Shown: piece by piece, positions 45,346 to 55,069 of the stretch
Numbering within the stretch: position 1 is the stretch's first letter
Layout of the letters: each line of letters begins with the position of its first letter
Source: an uncultured Bacilli bacterium
GTDB taxonomy: Bacteria; Bacillota_I; Bacilli_A; RF39; UBA660
Assembly: GCA_944358535.1 (NCBI GenBank)
Contig: CALVRH010000003.1
Span: 6,252-70,251, forward strand
Reading direction: 5' to 3'
Length of the DNA: 64,000 bases
Made by a program: the position numbers and the translations under genes
Notes under the pieces: model-generated
What the model saw: only the letters and a program-made list of their open reading frames with translations
The model's database searches: none
Told to the model about the DNA's origin: nothing

Positions 45346-45552
45346 CTACTCTACTACTTTAAAGTCTAAATCTTCGATTGCTTCTTTTAAAGTATTTATG
45401 TCAACATCTTTATTTAATGTGATTTTAATGTTTTTGTCCGTGTGACTTGCTTTAGCGTTTTCAACACCATTAATATCCATTAAGACATTTTGAATACGTT
45501 TTTCACAGCCTTCACAAGTCATTCCTTCTACTTTTAATTCTATTTCTTTCAT
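45346..45552 (-). CDS. copZ: Copper chaperone CopZ (HMA domain)
   Basis: 68 aa with GMTCEGCEKRI. Confidence 0.85.
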   Translation of the reverse strand: MKEIELKVEGMTCEGCEKRIQNVLMDINGVENAKASHTDKNIKITLNKDVDINTLKEAIEDLDFKVVE

Positions 45553-45569
45553 ATAGATTTCCTTTCTAA

Positions 45570-46898
45570 TTAATTATTTTGTTTATGAGTTTTCTTCCAC
45601 TCTTTGATTTTTTCTAATCTTTGTTTGAATCTAGCTTCATTGCCTTGAATGCTTGGTTTATAATAAACTCTACCCTTTAGAGATGTGGGCAAGCACTCCA
45701 TATTTGTAAGTTTTTCTTTAGTGTCGTGGGCATATTGATAGCCTTTACCATAGTTTAAGTCTTTCATTAGTTTGGTTGGAGCATTTCTTATTACTAATGG
45801 GACTGGTTCAGCTAAAGTGGTTTTAGCATCAGATGAGGCTAGTCTATAAGCAACATCACAAGCATTTGATTTTGGGGCCAGTGACATATAAATTACGGCT
45901 TCAGTTAGATGAACATTACACTCGGGCATACCGATGAAATGGCAGGCTTGATAGACGTTAATAGCTACGTTTAGAGCGTTAGTGTCGGCAAGACCGATGT
46001 CTTCAGAGGCAAATCTCGTGATTCTTCTCGCAATATAAATTGGGTCTTCACCAGCTTCTAACATTCTAGCAAGCCAGTAAACAGCGGCATCAGGATCGGA
46101 ATTTCTCATGGATTTATGTAAGGCAGAGATGATGTTATAGTGTTCTTCCCCGTTTTTATCATAAAGTAAGGCTTTTTTTGAAATACAATTTTCGATGATA
46201 TCTTTAGATACTTGGATAGTCCCGTTTTTGTCTTCTTTGGTATTGGTGATGATTATATCTAAGGTAGTTAAGGCATTTCTCGCATCACCGTTGGCATAGT
46301 TAGCAATTATTTTTAGGTTTTCTTCGCTAATGTTTATTTTTTGTTTACCAAAACCTCTTTCATCAGTAATGGCTCTTTTAAGTAAGGTTAAAATATCATT
46401 ACTAGATAATTCTTTTAAGACAAATACCCTACATCTTGAAAGTAAGGCGTTATTTATTTCAAAGGATGGGTTTTCGGTGGTGGCTCCGATTAAGAAGATT
46501 GAGCCTTTTTCAACGAATGGTAAAAAGGCATCTTGCTGGGCTTTATTAAATCTATGAATTTCATCGACAAAGACAATGGTTTTTATACCTAGTCTCTTAT
46601 TATTTTCGGCATCTTCCATAACTTTTTTTATCTCTTTGATACCTGAGGTTACAGCCGAGAATGTAATAAATTCAGATTTAGTTTCATGGGCAATTATTCT
46701 GGCTAATGTAGTTTTACCTACACCTGGTGGTCCCCAGAAAATCATGGAAGATATGTTATCTGATTCAATCATTTTTCTAAGTAGTTTACCTTCTCCTATT
46801 AAATGAGTTTGACCGGCAAATTCAGTTAGGTTTCTTGGGCGCATTCTAGATGCGAGTGGTTCATTTTTAGGTATTTCAAATAGTGACTGTTGATGCAT
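45570..46898 (-). CDS. rarA: Replication-associated recombination protein A (RarA/MgsA AAA+)
   Basis: GPPGVGKTT, VFVDEIHRFNKAQQDAFLP, and the MgsA C-terminal DPDAAVYWLARMLEAGEDP. The promoter TTGAAT-N17-TATAAT lies about 15 to 45 nt upstream of the start on the minus strand. Confidence 0.9.
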   Translation of the reverse strand: MHQQSLFEIPKNEPLASRMRPRNLTEFAGQTHLIGEGKLLRKMIESDNISSMIFWGPPGVGKTTLARIIAHETKSEFITFSAVTSGIKEIKKVMEDAENNKRLGIKTIVFVDEIHRFNKAQQDAFLPFVEKGSIFLIGATTENPSFEINNALLSRCRVFVLKELSSNDILTLLKRAITDERGFGKQKINISEENLKIIANYANGDARNALTTLDIIITNTKEDKNGTIQVSKDIIENCISKKALLYDKNGEEHYNIISALHKSMRNSDPDAAVYWLARMLEAGEDPIYIARRITRFASEDIGLADTNALNVAINVYQACHFIGMPECNVHLTEAVIYMSLAPKSNACDVAYRLASSDAKTTLAEPVPLVIRNAPTKLMKDLNYGKGYQYAHDTKEKLTNMECLPTSLKGRVYYKPSIQGNEARFKQRLEKIKEWKKTHKQNN

Positions 46899-47070
46899 GT
46901 TATCACCTCTAATAAAATTATATATTATTGGTAGTTTTAATTCAAGTTTGGGTTTTAAATAGAGCTATTAATGCAATTGCTTGTGTTGTTCTAGTGACAA
47001 AAACTCGGCATTCATTCCTGCTTTTATTGACATTGTCATCGTTAAAGCAAAATAGAATATTTTATTTTTT

Positions 47071-47136
47071 TATATCAAGTATATCATAATCCAACTTTTA
47101 TGAGAATTATTACGGTAAATATCAACACGATTTTAT
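47071..47136. repeat. Copy B of the repeated 66-nt intergenic element
   Basis: See copy A (41805..41870). Confidence 0.6.
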
Positions 47137-47205
47137 ATTTTTTCACATGAGTGTGTTATAAATGATTTATAAAATAAAGGTTTCTTAAAGTAAACTACTA
47201 TAATT

Positions 47206-47235
47206 AAACCACCATTAATTTCGTTATGGTGGTTT
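47206..47235 (-). terminator. Hairpin terminator downstream of 47242..47961
   Basis: Perfect 10-bp stem AAACCACCAT / ATGGTGGTTT with a 10-nt loop. Confidence 0.6.
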
Positions 47236-47241
47236 CTATAT

Positions 47242-47961
47242 TTATCTTTTTTTATTTCCTTTTGTTAATTCATCGTATAAACTTTTTAAGTGGGAATTAT
47301 CCAAATTTGATAAGTTTTCAATAATAACATTTGCCATACGAGCTTTATCTTCATCTGAAAATTCAATGTATTCGTCTGGGTCTACTGGTGGTAATTCACT
47401 CTCATCTTCTAAAGAAATGGTATAGTCAAAATTGTTTTTATGATATATTCCAACACTTTCTGATATTGATGAGAGTTGCCCATTTAAGAATCTACTATTT
47501 TCCCATCCTTTACTACTGATAAATAGGCTTTCAGCATCTGATGTTGGTAAATTATTTTGTATGTTAGTTTTTTTATTAATCATAGAAAAATTTCTACTAA
47601 ATTTATATGGTCTATAAGCTGAAAATACAAAATCTAAATCATAATTTCTAATGAAATCGTTTAGCAAAAACAAATCGGCTTTTAAATGAGAAGTCTTGGC
47701 TTCTAGTGATGTATCAATTATTTTATCATAAAATATAACGCCAGAAGAATGTTCTAACATTCCCATTCTTTCAAATGCATAATTTTTCATTTCTATTTTT
47801 GGAAAGTTAAAGGTATGATTTAGTTTTCCTTCTAAAACTGCATTTATAATTCTAGTTTCATTTGCTAGTATTTTTTCTAAGACAGTAAATAAATCTTTTC
47901 TATCAGTCATTAATGATTTTATATTATCAGAGTGATTGAAAACACTTTCAAATTCTTGCAT
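47242..47961 (-). CDS. Hypothetical cytoplasmic protein co-oriented with the GT2 synthase
   Basis: 239-aa ORF located 46 nt downstream of the GT2 gene. It has no TM segment, no recognisable motif and an acidic C-terminus. Confidence 0.45.
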   Translation of the reverse strand: MQEFESVFNHSDNIKSLMTDRKDLFTVLEKILANETRIINAVLEGKLNHTFNFPKIEMKNYAFERMGMLEHSSGVIFYDKIIDTSLEAKTSHLKADLFLLNDFIRNYDLDFVFSAYRPYKFSRNFSMINKKTNIQNNLPTSDAESLFISSKGWENSRFLNGQLSSISESVGIYHKNNFDYTISLEDESELPPVDPDEYIEFSDEDKARMANVIIENLSNLDNSHLKSLYDELTKGNKKR

Positions 47962-48007
47962 ATTGGCTTTGATGACTTTTTCTTCTAGACCTAATATGTG
48001 AAAAAGT

Positions 48008-49153
48008 CTAGTTGAAGAAATCGTTACTTTGTCTTTTTATTTCTATAACTAAGCATAATATCATACCAAGTAATATTACTAATAGAGTTAGAAGGCCCAT
48101 GAATAAATTATTATGGAATAGTAAGAAGATGAGTCCTAGAGGGATAAATATTAAGAGTGCGAAGTCGACAAATGGGAAAAATATATTCATGCACATTAAA
48201 AATTTTGATTTTAGGTTTAGTTTTTTTGAGGTTATGATTTTTGTTTGTTTAAAGGCTTCAATCATACCTCTCGCCCATCTTTTTCTTTGTCTAAATAGTC
48301 CTTTAAATGTATCTGGGGCTTCGGTAAAAGCAACAGCGTTTTTGGCAAAGTTTGTTTGATAACCTTTTGATAGTAAGTTCCACGTTAGGACAATGTCTTC
48401 ATCAACGCATGGTCTCCAGCTGCCTATTTCTTTTATTTGTTTTGTTTTATAGGCACTGAAAGCACCTTGGGCTACTAAAGTAGAATGATAGCTTCCTTGA
48501 TATAGTTTTACACCAAATATGCCTAGAATGTAATCCCACTCTTGCAGTTTAGTGACAAAGTTTTTTTGATCATTTTTGACAAATATACTTCCGGCGGTGG
48601 CTACTACTTTTTCTTCTGAATTAACTAATTTATTCATGATGTTTTTTATGGCTAGTAGATGAAGTGTGGTGTCGCTATCTACGGTGATGACATAATCTGT
48701 TTGGACATGTTTTAATCCTTCGTTTAAGGCATATGATTTTCCTCTATGTTTTGTTTCTAATATAGTTATTTGGTTATCACAGTTTATTTTCTTTAATAGT
48801 TCTAATGAACCATCGGCCGATTCATCATCTATGGCGATTATGTGTATGTTTCCATGATATTTTTGACATGTAATAGATTCGACGGTTTTTTTGATGGCCT
48901 TTTTAGCATTATATATTGGTACTAATACGGTTACATCGCATTCTTGTTTTTGACAATGTTTTCTTTCTTTTTTCATAAATAGTAAGCTTAAAAGTGTGAA
49001 CATATAAATAAAGCCTGGTATTAAGGCGACAAAGGTTACAAGGTATATGGCTATTGGATAACCGAAATAGCAAGCAATATCTTGAATCCAATTAATATTA
49101 ATACATATAGCAAATACAAGATACAAAAGTGAAATAATTAATACTATAATCAT
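48008..49153 (-). CDS. Processive family-2 glycosyltransferase, IcaA/PgaC-like membrane synthase
   Basis: N- and C-terminal TM clusters. VLVPIYNAKK, AIDDESADGS, DSDT, QGAFSAYK, QRKRWARG (QxxRW). Confidence 0.8.
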   Translation of the reverse strand: MIIVLIISLLYLVFAICININWIQDIACYFGYPIAIYLVTFVALIPGFIYMFTLLSLLFMKKERKHCQKQECDVTVLVPIYNAKKAIKKTVESITCQKYHGNIHIIAIDDESADGSLELLKKINCDNQITILETKHRGKSYALNEGLKHVQTDYVITVDSDTTLHLLAIKNIMNKLVNSEEKVVATAGSIFVKNDQKNFVTKLQEWDYILGIFGVKLYQGSYHSTLVAQGAFSAYKTKQIKEIGSWRPCVDEDIVLTWNLLSKGYQTNFAKNAVAFTEAPDTFKGLFRQRKRWARGMIEAFKQTKIITSKKLNLKSKFLMCMNIFFPFVDFALLIFIPLGLIFLLFHNNLFMGLLTLLVILLGMILCLVIEIKRQSNDFFN

Positions 49154-49227
49154 TCTATCACCTTTACTCTATCTTATGAGGCTGGGAAAAGGATGGTTAC
49201 TATTTGTAAGGGTTTGAATATGATAAA

Positions 49228-50010
49228 GTGGTGATGATTATGAAAAAGATAGTTATATTAATTATTCTTGTTTTAATTATTGTTATTGGGTTTTTGTGTT
49301 TAAAGAAAGACAAAAGAGAAAATAAAGATATTCCGATACTTTTATATCATGATTTTGTGGTGAGGGTCCCCGATGAAAATCCGGATGATTTTAATTATAT
49401 AAATACACCTTTAAGTTTTGAAGAAAATATTAAAACATTATTAGATAATGATTATACTTTTTTATCATTTAAAGATTTGAATGATGCTTATAACGGGAAG
49501 AAAGAACTTCCTGACAAACCGATTTTAATTACGTTTGATGATGGTTATTATAGTAATTACAAATATATTTTTCCAATTTTAGAGAAGTATAATGTGAAGG
49601 CTTCTATTTTTATAGTTACGGATAATATTGGGAAGATGATTGATGGTAAAAATTATTTATCTTGGAGACAGTGTGAAATTATGTATGAAAGTGGTTTAGT
49701 AGAGATTTTTAGTCATAGTACGAAACATGTGTTTTATGATAGACTACCAGTTAGAGAGCTTAAGGATGATGTTAATGAATCGTATCAAGAAATTGAAAAG
49801 CATTTAGGAAAACAAGATTTAAAGATTTTTGCTTATCCTTATGGTGCTTATACAAAGGAAAGTGTTTTTGTTTTAAAATTACATGGTGTGGATATGCAGG
49901 TGTATGATATTGGAATGAACAATTTTAAAGATTTTGATAAAAGTTATATAAAAAGATTTAATATTCCGTGTGAAATGACTGGGTTAGAAATTATTGATGA
50001 GATTAATTAA
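49228..50010 (+). CDS. Membrane-anchored polysaccharide deacetylase (NodB/CE4)
   Basis: ILITFDDGYYSNY, SHSTKHV, AYPYGAY. It is divergent from the GT2 gene. Confidence 0.8.
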   Translation: MVMIMKKIVILIILVLIIVIGFLCLKKDKRENKDIPILLYHDFVVRVPDENPDDFNYINTPLSFEENIKTLLDNDYTFLSFKDLNDAYNGKKELPDKPILITFDDGYYSNYKYIFPILEKYNVKASIFIVTDNIGKMIDGKNYLSWRQCEIMYESGLVEIFSHSTKHVFYDRLPVRELKDDVNESYQEIEKHLGKQDLKIFAYPYGAYTKESVFVLKLHGVDMQVYDIGMNNFKDFDKSYIKRFNIPCEMTGLEIIDEIN

Positions 50011-50047
50011 AAAGACAATTCTAGGATTTAGAATTGTCTTTTTTAAT

Positions 50048-50584
50048 CTACTCTATTTCATTAATGATGCTATCTAATTTAGAAAAATCAGCAAAATTAA
50101 TTTTTTGATTATATGTTTCAATCATTGCTTTGTCTTCAGTACTTTGTTTTTCTTTTGGTAATTTTTTTATGGCATTATAAAGTAATTTCATCATTGTTTT
50201 ATGGGTGAATTTTAATTTTGAATAATCTATTCCACCTCTTAAATGAAATATTTTAGCATTTTCGAATATTTCTTTTTTTAGCTGGACTTTTATATTATTT
50301 CTTATGTTATTTTGATTTTGTTTATCAATTGGGTCAGCAAGTCCAACGGTTACTATGATGATTTTTTTGTTTGAAATACTATTTATTTTATTTAGAGTTT
50401 TATTCATTCCTAGTACTCCGCCTGCATAAAGTCCACCCATGTAAATAATTTGGTCATAGTCATCGATGTTTTTTATGCTTTGATAAGGCATGGCTTCTAT
50501 ATTAGTTTTCTTTGATAGTTCTATAGCATATTCTTTTGTAGTTCCATAACAAGAACCATATATTATAATTTTTTTCATAAGCAC
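50048..50584 (-). CDS. Flavodoxin-domain protein
   Basis: The N-terminus KKIIIYGSCYGTTKEYAIELS is a flavodoxin-like FMN loop. Confidence 0.6.
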   Translation of the reverse strand: MLMKKIIIYGSCYGTTKEYAIELSKKTNIEAMPYQSIKNIDDYDQIIYMGGLYAGGVLGMNKTLNKINSISNKKIIIVTVGLADPIDKQNQNNIRNNIKVQLKKEIFENAKIFHLRGGIDYSKLKFTHKTMMKLLYNAIKKLPKEKQSTEDKAMIETYNQKINFADFSKLDSIINEIE

Positions 50585-50599
50585 CTCTATAAATATTTA

Positions 50600-51346
50600 T
50601 TATATATCATTATCAATTATCTTTGGGCATTCAGCCTCAAAAATACAACTATTACATTTTGGATTTTTTGGTCTACATGTATTTTTACCTAATTTCCAGC
50701 ACGTTAAATCTAATATACCTGGGAATTCTGGATTTATTGATCTTGCTTTATAAACTATTTTATCGATGTTTTGAATATCTTTTTCTTTTATTAGCCCCAT
50801 TCTTTTGAATACTCTTTTCACATGTGCATCTGGTGAAATATCTATTGAATAATAATCTGATAATGGGATTTTAAAATCTCTTGATAATAGATTAGTAGCC
50901 ATAGTAGATATTTTTATGCCCATCCCGTCAAAATCTAAAAATCTGGAAACAACGGTTGCACTGCTTGGATTATCGTTCCAAATATTGGAAGCGTCACCAT
51001 TATATTCTTCTACAATTTTATGAACTGTACTATAAAATACTTTGGCCATATCGTCATTAAATCTATGAAGTTTGTTTTCGTGAAATATTTTTTTATATTC
51101 TTCGAGTGATACGTTATACAATTTTTCAATAGAGAATGTTCCCAAAATTTGTTTTATTTGATATGGGATAGACCAAGCTCTTTCGGCTGTTATTTGCCTA
51201 TCCATGGCACATGCTAGTACAAAGGCATGAGGATAATTAATTAAATCACTTACTAATTTGTTTTTTTCTTCATCTTCTACTAATTTAATTACTTTTTGCT
51301 TATTATATTCAGCAATTGATACTTCTTTTAATTTTTCTTCTATCAT
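50600..51346 (-). CDS. HhH-GPD-superfamily protein with C-terminal 4-Cys iron-sulfur cluster loop
   Basis: GMGIKISTMATNLL (HhH-like) and a C-terminal C-x7-C-x2-C-x5-C (CRPKNPKCNSCIFEAEC), as in the endonuclease III / MutY clade. The specific function is not assignable. Confidence 0.5.
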   Translation of the reverse strand: MIEEKLKEVSIAEYNKQKVIKLVEDEEKNKLVSDLINYPHAFVLACAMDRQITAERAWSIPYQIKQILGTFSIEKLYNVSLEEYKKIFHENKLHRFNDDMAKVFYSTVHKIVEEYNGDASNIWNDNPSSATVVSRFLDFDGMGIKISTMATNLLSRDFKIPLSDYYSIDISPDAHVKRVFKRMGLIKEKDIQNIDKIVYKARSINPEFPGILDLTCWKLGKNTCRPKNPKCNSCIFEAECPKIIDNDI

Positions 51347-51708
51347 TTATATTTTATCCTTTCAAATGTTATTTATTTTCTTTCCATTCGTGATACAAGA
51401 TATCTTTTAAAACTAACATACTATCTAACTGGTTACACCCGTAGTGATTGCTTAGACTATTAAGAACTTTTCTGATTTTTTTTATTTATTTAGATGTATC
51501 TACTTATTTTTGGTAAGTGTCTAATATGAAATATTTTTTTACTCAAGTCATTAGTCCAATTTATTTTTGATGTTTTTTCTTCATTGGTATATTTAATGAC
51601 TTCCTCTATTTTGTTTAATTTTTTTCTAATTCGTCTAAATTCATTTTATAAACATCTACCTTTTTATTATAATAGCAGAAAAAATCAATATTTAGTTGAT
51701 TATATATA

Positions 51709-52128
51709 CTATTTACATGTATAGCCTTGCACTTCTAAGACTTGTTTTAATTCGGAGATGGTTATTTCTTGGGTGGTGTCTATTCCTATGAAACTACCAC
51801 CATGTTCTTTGGTTACAAATCTAATTCCATCATCGGTTACAGAGGCGCTCATATATGGTTTAGTTTGTCTTATTATATTAACGTAATTTTGTCTTTGATC
51901 TAAAAGGTCTTCTGGGAAAATCATATTAACGGTAAATACCATATCTTTTATTTTTTTATTATTAACTTTTATTTCTAGGTTTGATTTTGTTTTAATATTA
52001 GATGAGGTGCCTTCGGCTGTGCAGGTTAAAGTTTTGGTGTTTTTAGAATCGATTAGAAAAACTATAATTCCAAATGCTATGAGTAATAATACTATAAATA
52101 CTATCAACTTTTTATCTATTTTTTTCAT
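51709..52128 (-). CDS. Small membrane-anchored/secreted protein
   Basis: 139 aa with an N-terminal TM. Unknown function. Confidence 0.4.
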   Translation of the reverse strand: MKKIDKKLIVFIVLLLIAFGIIVFLIDSKNTKTLTCTAEGTSSNIKTKSNLEIKVNNKKIKDMVFTVNMIFPEDLLDQRQNYVNIIRQTKPYMSASVTDDGIRFVTKEHGGSFIGIDTTQEITISELKQVLEVQGYTCK

Positions 52129-52135
52129 ATATTTC

Positions 52136-52591
52136 CTACTTTCCTAAGGCATCCATTATTTTATCTTCATTTACGGCTCCAACTAATGTTTCTTTAACTT
52201 TGCCATTTTCAAATATTATGAGTGTTGGAGTAGCGCTGATTTCATATTTTTCTATGATTTCATCATTTTCACTAGCATCCATGTCAACGGTTGCTATTTT
52301 GATATTTTCATTATTTTTGGCAATATCTATTAATGTAGTTAACATAGCTACACAAGGTGGACAGGATTTAGATGTAAATTCTAAGACAACCGGTTTATCG
52401 GCACTTAAAACTTCTTTTGAAAAGTTCTCATCAGTGACTTTAACTATTCCGACATTGGCAGCTTCTTCTGGTTCTTCTAAGTTACTTTGACTAAAATAAT
52501 AGATGCCGGTGAATGCACATAATATAGCTATAAAAATTACGATTTCAATTATTAATTTTACTTTTTTATTCATGTTATACCTCCTAACCAA
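52136..52591 (-). CDS. Membrane-anchored thioredoxin-fold protein
   Basis: N-terminal TM, active site SCPPC, TPTL cis-Pro loop. It overlaps the ccdA stop. Confidence 0.8.
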   Translation of the reverse strand: MVRRYNMNKKVKLIIEIVIFIAILCAFTGIYYFSQSNLEEPEEAANVGIVKVTDENFSKEVLSADKPVVLEFTSKSCPPCVAMLTTLIDIAKNNENIKIATVDMDASENDEIIEKYEISATPTLIIFENGKVKETLVGAVNEDKIMDALGK

Positions 52592-53237
52592 TTATGCCGA
52601 TAATTCCTGTGATGGTGTACCAAACTCCACTTAGAATTAAGATGCTTCCCGATATTTTGTTTATGATATTATAATGTTTCTTTATGAAGTCAAAGGTGCT
52701 TTTCATTTTTTCTAGGAATAAGGTTGTTACAATAAACGGGATGGCAAGTCCTAGAGAATAGATTAATAATAAGGTTGCGCCTTTTAAAACACTGCCTGTG
52801 GTGCTGGCTAATATTAAAGCGGATGATAAGAAGGCTCCAACACATGGTGTCCATGATAATGAGAAGATTATGCCAAATAAGACTGATGTTATAAATGTTA
52901 AGTTTTTCTTTTCTTGATTTGTGCCTTTTGTTTTATTTAAAAATTTGATGAATAAGACACCGATATAATTTAAACCAATTATGATTAAGAATATTCCAAA
53001 GATGATATTGATATAATCTGTGTACTCATGAACAAATTTGCCAAAAGTACCGGCAAATACACCTAAGAGGATAAAGATTATACTGAATCCACAAACAAAC
53101 CCTAATGAATTAATGATGGATTTTTTCATGCTTTTACTTTCGGTAGCAAAATAAGAAATATAAATTGGAATTACAGGTAATATGCATGGCGAGATGAAAG
53201 AAGCGATTCCTTCGATAAATGTAATTAGATATTCCAT
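52584..53237 (-). CDS. ccdA: CcdA/DsbD-type transmembrane thiol-disulfide electron transporter
   Basis: Six TM segments with the two conserved Cys motifs FISPCILPVIPIY and SWTPCVGAFL. Confidence 0.8.
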   Translation of the reverse strand: MEYLITFIEGIASFISPCILPVIPIYISYFATESKSMKKSIINSLGFVCGFSIIFILLGVFAGTFGKFVHEYTDYINIIFGIFLIIIGLNYIGVLFIKFLNKTKGTNQEKKNLTFITSVLFGIIFSLSWTPCVGAFLSSALILASTTGSVLKGATLLLIYSLGLAIPFIVTTLFLEKMKSTFDFIKKHYNIINKISGSILILSGVWYTITGIIGIIG

Positions 53238-53304
53238 TTTTAGCCTCCCTCTTATTTACTTAACACTTTAAATGATAACACAAAAAAGTGGGCTATTCAA
53301 TATA

Positions 53305-53487
53305 TTAGTTTTTGGATTTTTTATTCGCTTTTTTGTTATTTATTCTAGTGATTTCGTTTATTTTTTCTTGGTAACCTTTTAAGGCAGAAAAGGGAGCGAA
53401 CTGAGCGGAACGATTTTTAAGAGACATTGGTTTTCTTTTCTTTGATACATGATGAGGCATATTTATAATATCATCATAGTTAGGCAT
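53305..53487 (-). CDS. YolD-like small protein accompanying the Y-family polymerase
   Basis: 60 aa. PHHVSKKRKPMSLKNRSAQFAPFSALKGY resembles the accessory proteins encoded next to uvrX/yqjW-type polymerases. It overlaps the polymerase stop by 8 nt. Confidence 0.5.
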   Translation of the reverse strand: MPNYDDIINMPHHVSKKRKPMSLKNRSAQFAPFSALKGYQEKINEITRINNKKANKKSKN

Positions 53488-54967
53488 GATGACCTCCTAT
53501 TTGTTCGTTTCGCTTTTTGGTGGTGGCAGCTTTTTCTAAATCCATAAGTTTTAAAATGGAATTTTTGCCATATTTTTCTTTAATATTTAAAAGGGTTCCT
53601 TGGAGTTTTCTTTCTTTTGCTTCTTCTTTTTTTTCATTTTCTAAAATGTTAGTTTGTTTTTCTGAATCTGAAAATAAATCTAGTTGGTGATATTTTGTTT
53701 TATGAATTTCTAATTTTTCATCTGTTACATCAATGGCGGTTAGGTTAATTCTTTTGATTAATAGTTTGGGCTCAATAATTTTATCATATAGTTTTATTAG
53801 AGCATTCATGATTATTTTAGAAGATGATGTTTTATGGGTTAAGGTTATGGTCCCATGAGCATGTTTAGGAATTTTTCTTCCATAAAAGTCAGTGGTTATT
53901 TCTCCTTCATAATTATTATTTATGTTTTGAATGTCATAGCCAATAGTTAAGGTTAGTTTATCTGTGACAAGGCTTTTGGCGGTAAGGTCAAGGGCAAGTG
54001 AATCAGCCATTTCACAGACTACTAATTTAGTTTCTTTATAATTATATGGACAATCAAGTACTTGACCTGAGGTTATACATCTATTATTTGGAGTATAGGA
54101 TTTTATAGACTCTATTGTACAGGGTTCATATCCCCAAGCGTGGTCGATTAATAGTTCGGCATTTATACCGAATAGTTTATAAAGTAAGTCTTCGTTTTGA
54201 ATGGAGCATCTAGCAATATCTCCCATGGTATAGATGCCATATTTTTCTAATCTTTTGGCGATTCCTTTACCTACCCGCCAAATATCGGTAATTGGTTTAT
54301 GATACCATATTTGTTTTCTATAAGACATTTCATCAAGCTTAGCTATTCTAACTCCATATTTGTTTGGCTTAGTGTGTTTTGCTACAACATCCATTGCAAC
54401 TTTAGCTAGAAATAAATTGGCACCTATGCCAGCGGTGGCAGTAATACCTGTTTGTTTATAAATATCATTAATTATTTTGGTGACAAGTTCTTCTGGGGCA
54501 AGGTTATAATATTTTAAATAATTAGTTATATCGGCAAAAATTTCATCAATTGAATATACGAATATGTCATCACTTGATAAATATTTTAGATATATGCTAT
54601 AGATTTTGGCTGATGTATCTATATAATGAGCCATTCTGGGTTTAGCTATTATGAAAGATAATTCTTTGGTTTTATCTTTTTTTAATTCATCATCATTAGA
54701 GGATTGACCAGTAAATGGTTTATAACTATTTTGTTTTTTTCTTAGTTTATTTATTTCTTTGACTTTTGATATTACTTCAAATAGTCTTGGTCTACCACCT
54801 ACTCCATACTGTTTTAATGATGGGCTTACAGCAAGGCAAATGGTTTTTTCAGTTCTTTCTTCATCGGCAACAACGAGGTTTGTTTTTAAAGGATCTAATC
54901 CTTTTTCTACGCACTCTACTGAAGCATAGAAACTTTTTAAATCGATACATATATAAGTCTTCTCCAT
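53480..54967 (-). CDS. Y-family (translesion) DNA polymerase, UvrX/YqjW-like
   Basis: ICIDLKSFYASVE, YSIDEIFADIT, ATAGIGANLFLAKVA, VGKGIAKRL. Confidence 0.85.
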   Translation of the reverse strand: MEKTYICIDLKSFYASVECVEKGLDPLKTNLVVADEERTEKTICLAVSPSLKQYGVGGRPRLFEVISKVKEINKLRKKQNSYKPFTGQSSNDDELKKDKTKELSFIIAKPRMAHYIDTSAKIYSIYLKYLSSDDIFVYSIDEIFADITNYLKYYNLAPEELVTKIINDIYKQTGITATAGIGANLFLAKVAMDVVAKHTKPNKYGVRIAKLDEMSYRKQIWYHKPITDIWRVGKGIAKRLEKYGIYTMGDIARCSIQNEDLLYKLFGINAELLIDHAWGYEPCTIESIKSYTPNNRCITSGQVLDCPYNYKETKLVVCEMADSLALDLTAKSLVTDKLTLTIGYDIQNINNNYEGEITTDFYGRKIPKHAHGTITLTHKTSSSKIIMNALIKLYDKIIEPKLLIKRINLTAIDVTDEKLEIHKTKYHQLDLFSDSEKQTNILENEKKEEAKERKLQGTLLNIKEKYGKNSILKLMDLEKAATTKKRNEQIGGHHA

Positions 54968-55069
54968 TTATATCACCAATTATATTTTATCACAAACATT
55001 TGTTCTCTTGAATAATTTTTCTTACTTTGGAAAAATTTTACAAAAAAAGATTATCTTTTGATAACCTTG

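Noticed and set aside
51347-51708. Gene-free 360 bp containing MNLDELEKN-stop. With one extra A in the A7 run this would read on to a 52-aa ORF, and further C-terminal-like debris follows (..LKDILYHEWKENK)
   Set aside because: This is most simply a decayed gene remnant. I considered homopolymer phase variation. The restored ORF has no recognisable family and only a weak purine-rich patch (AAAAAGGTAGA) upstream instead of a clear RBS.
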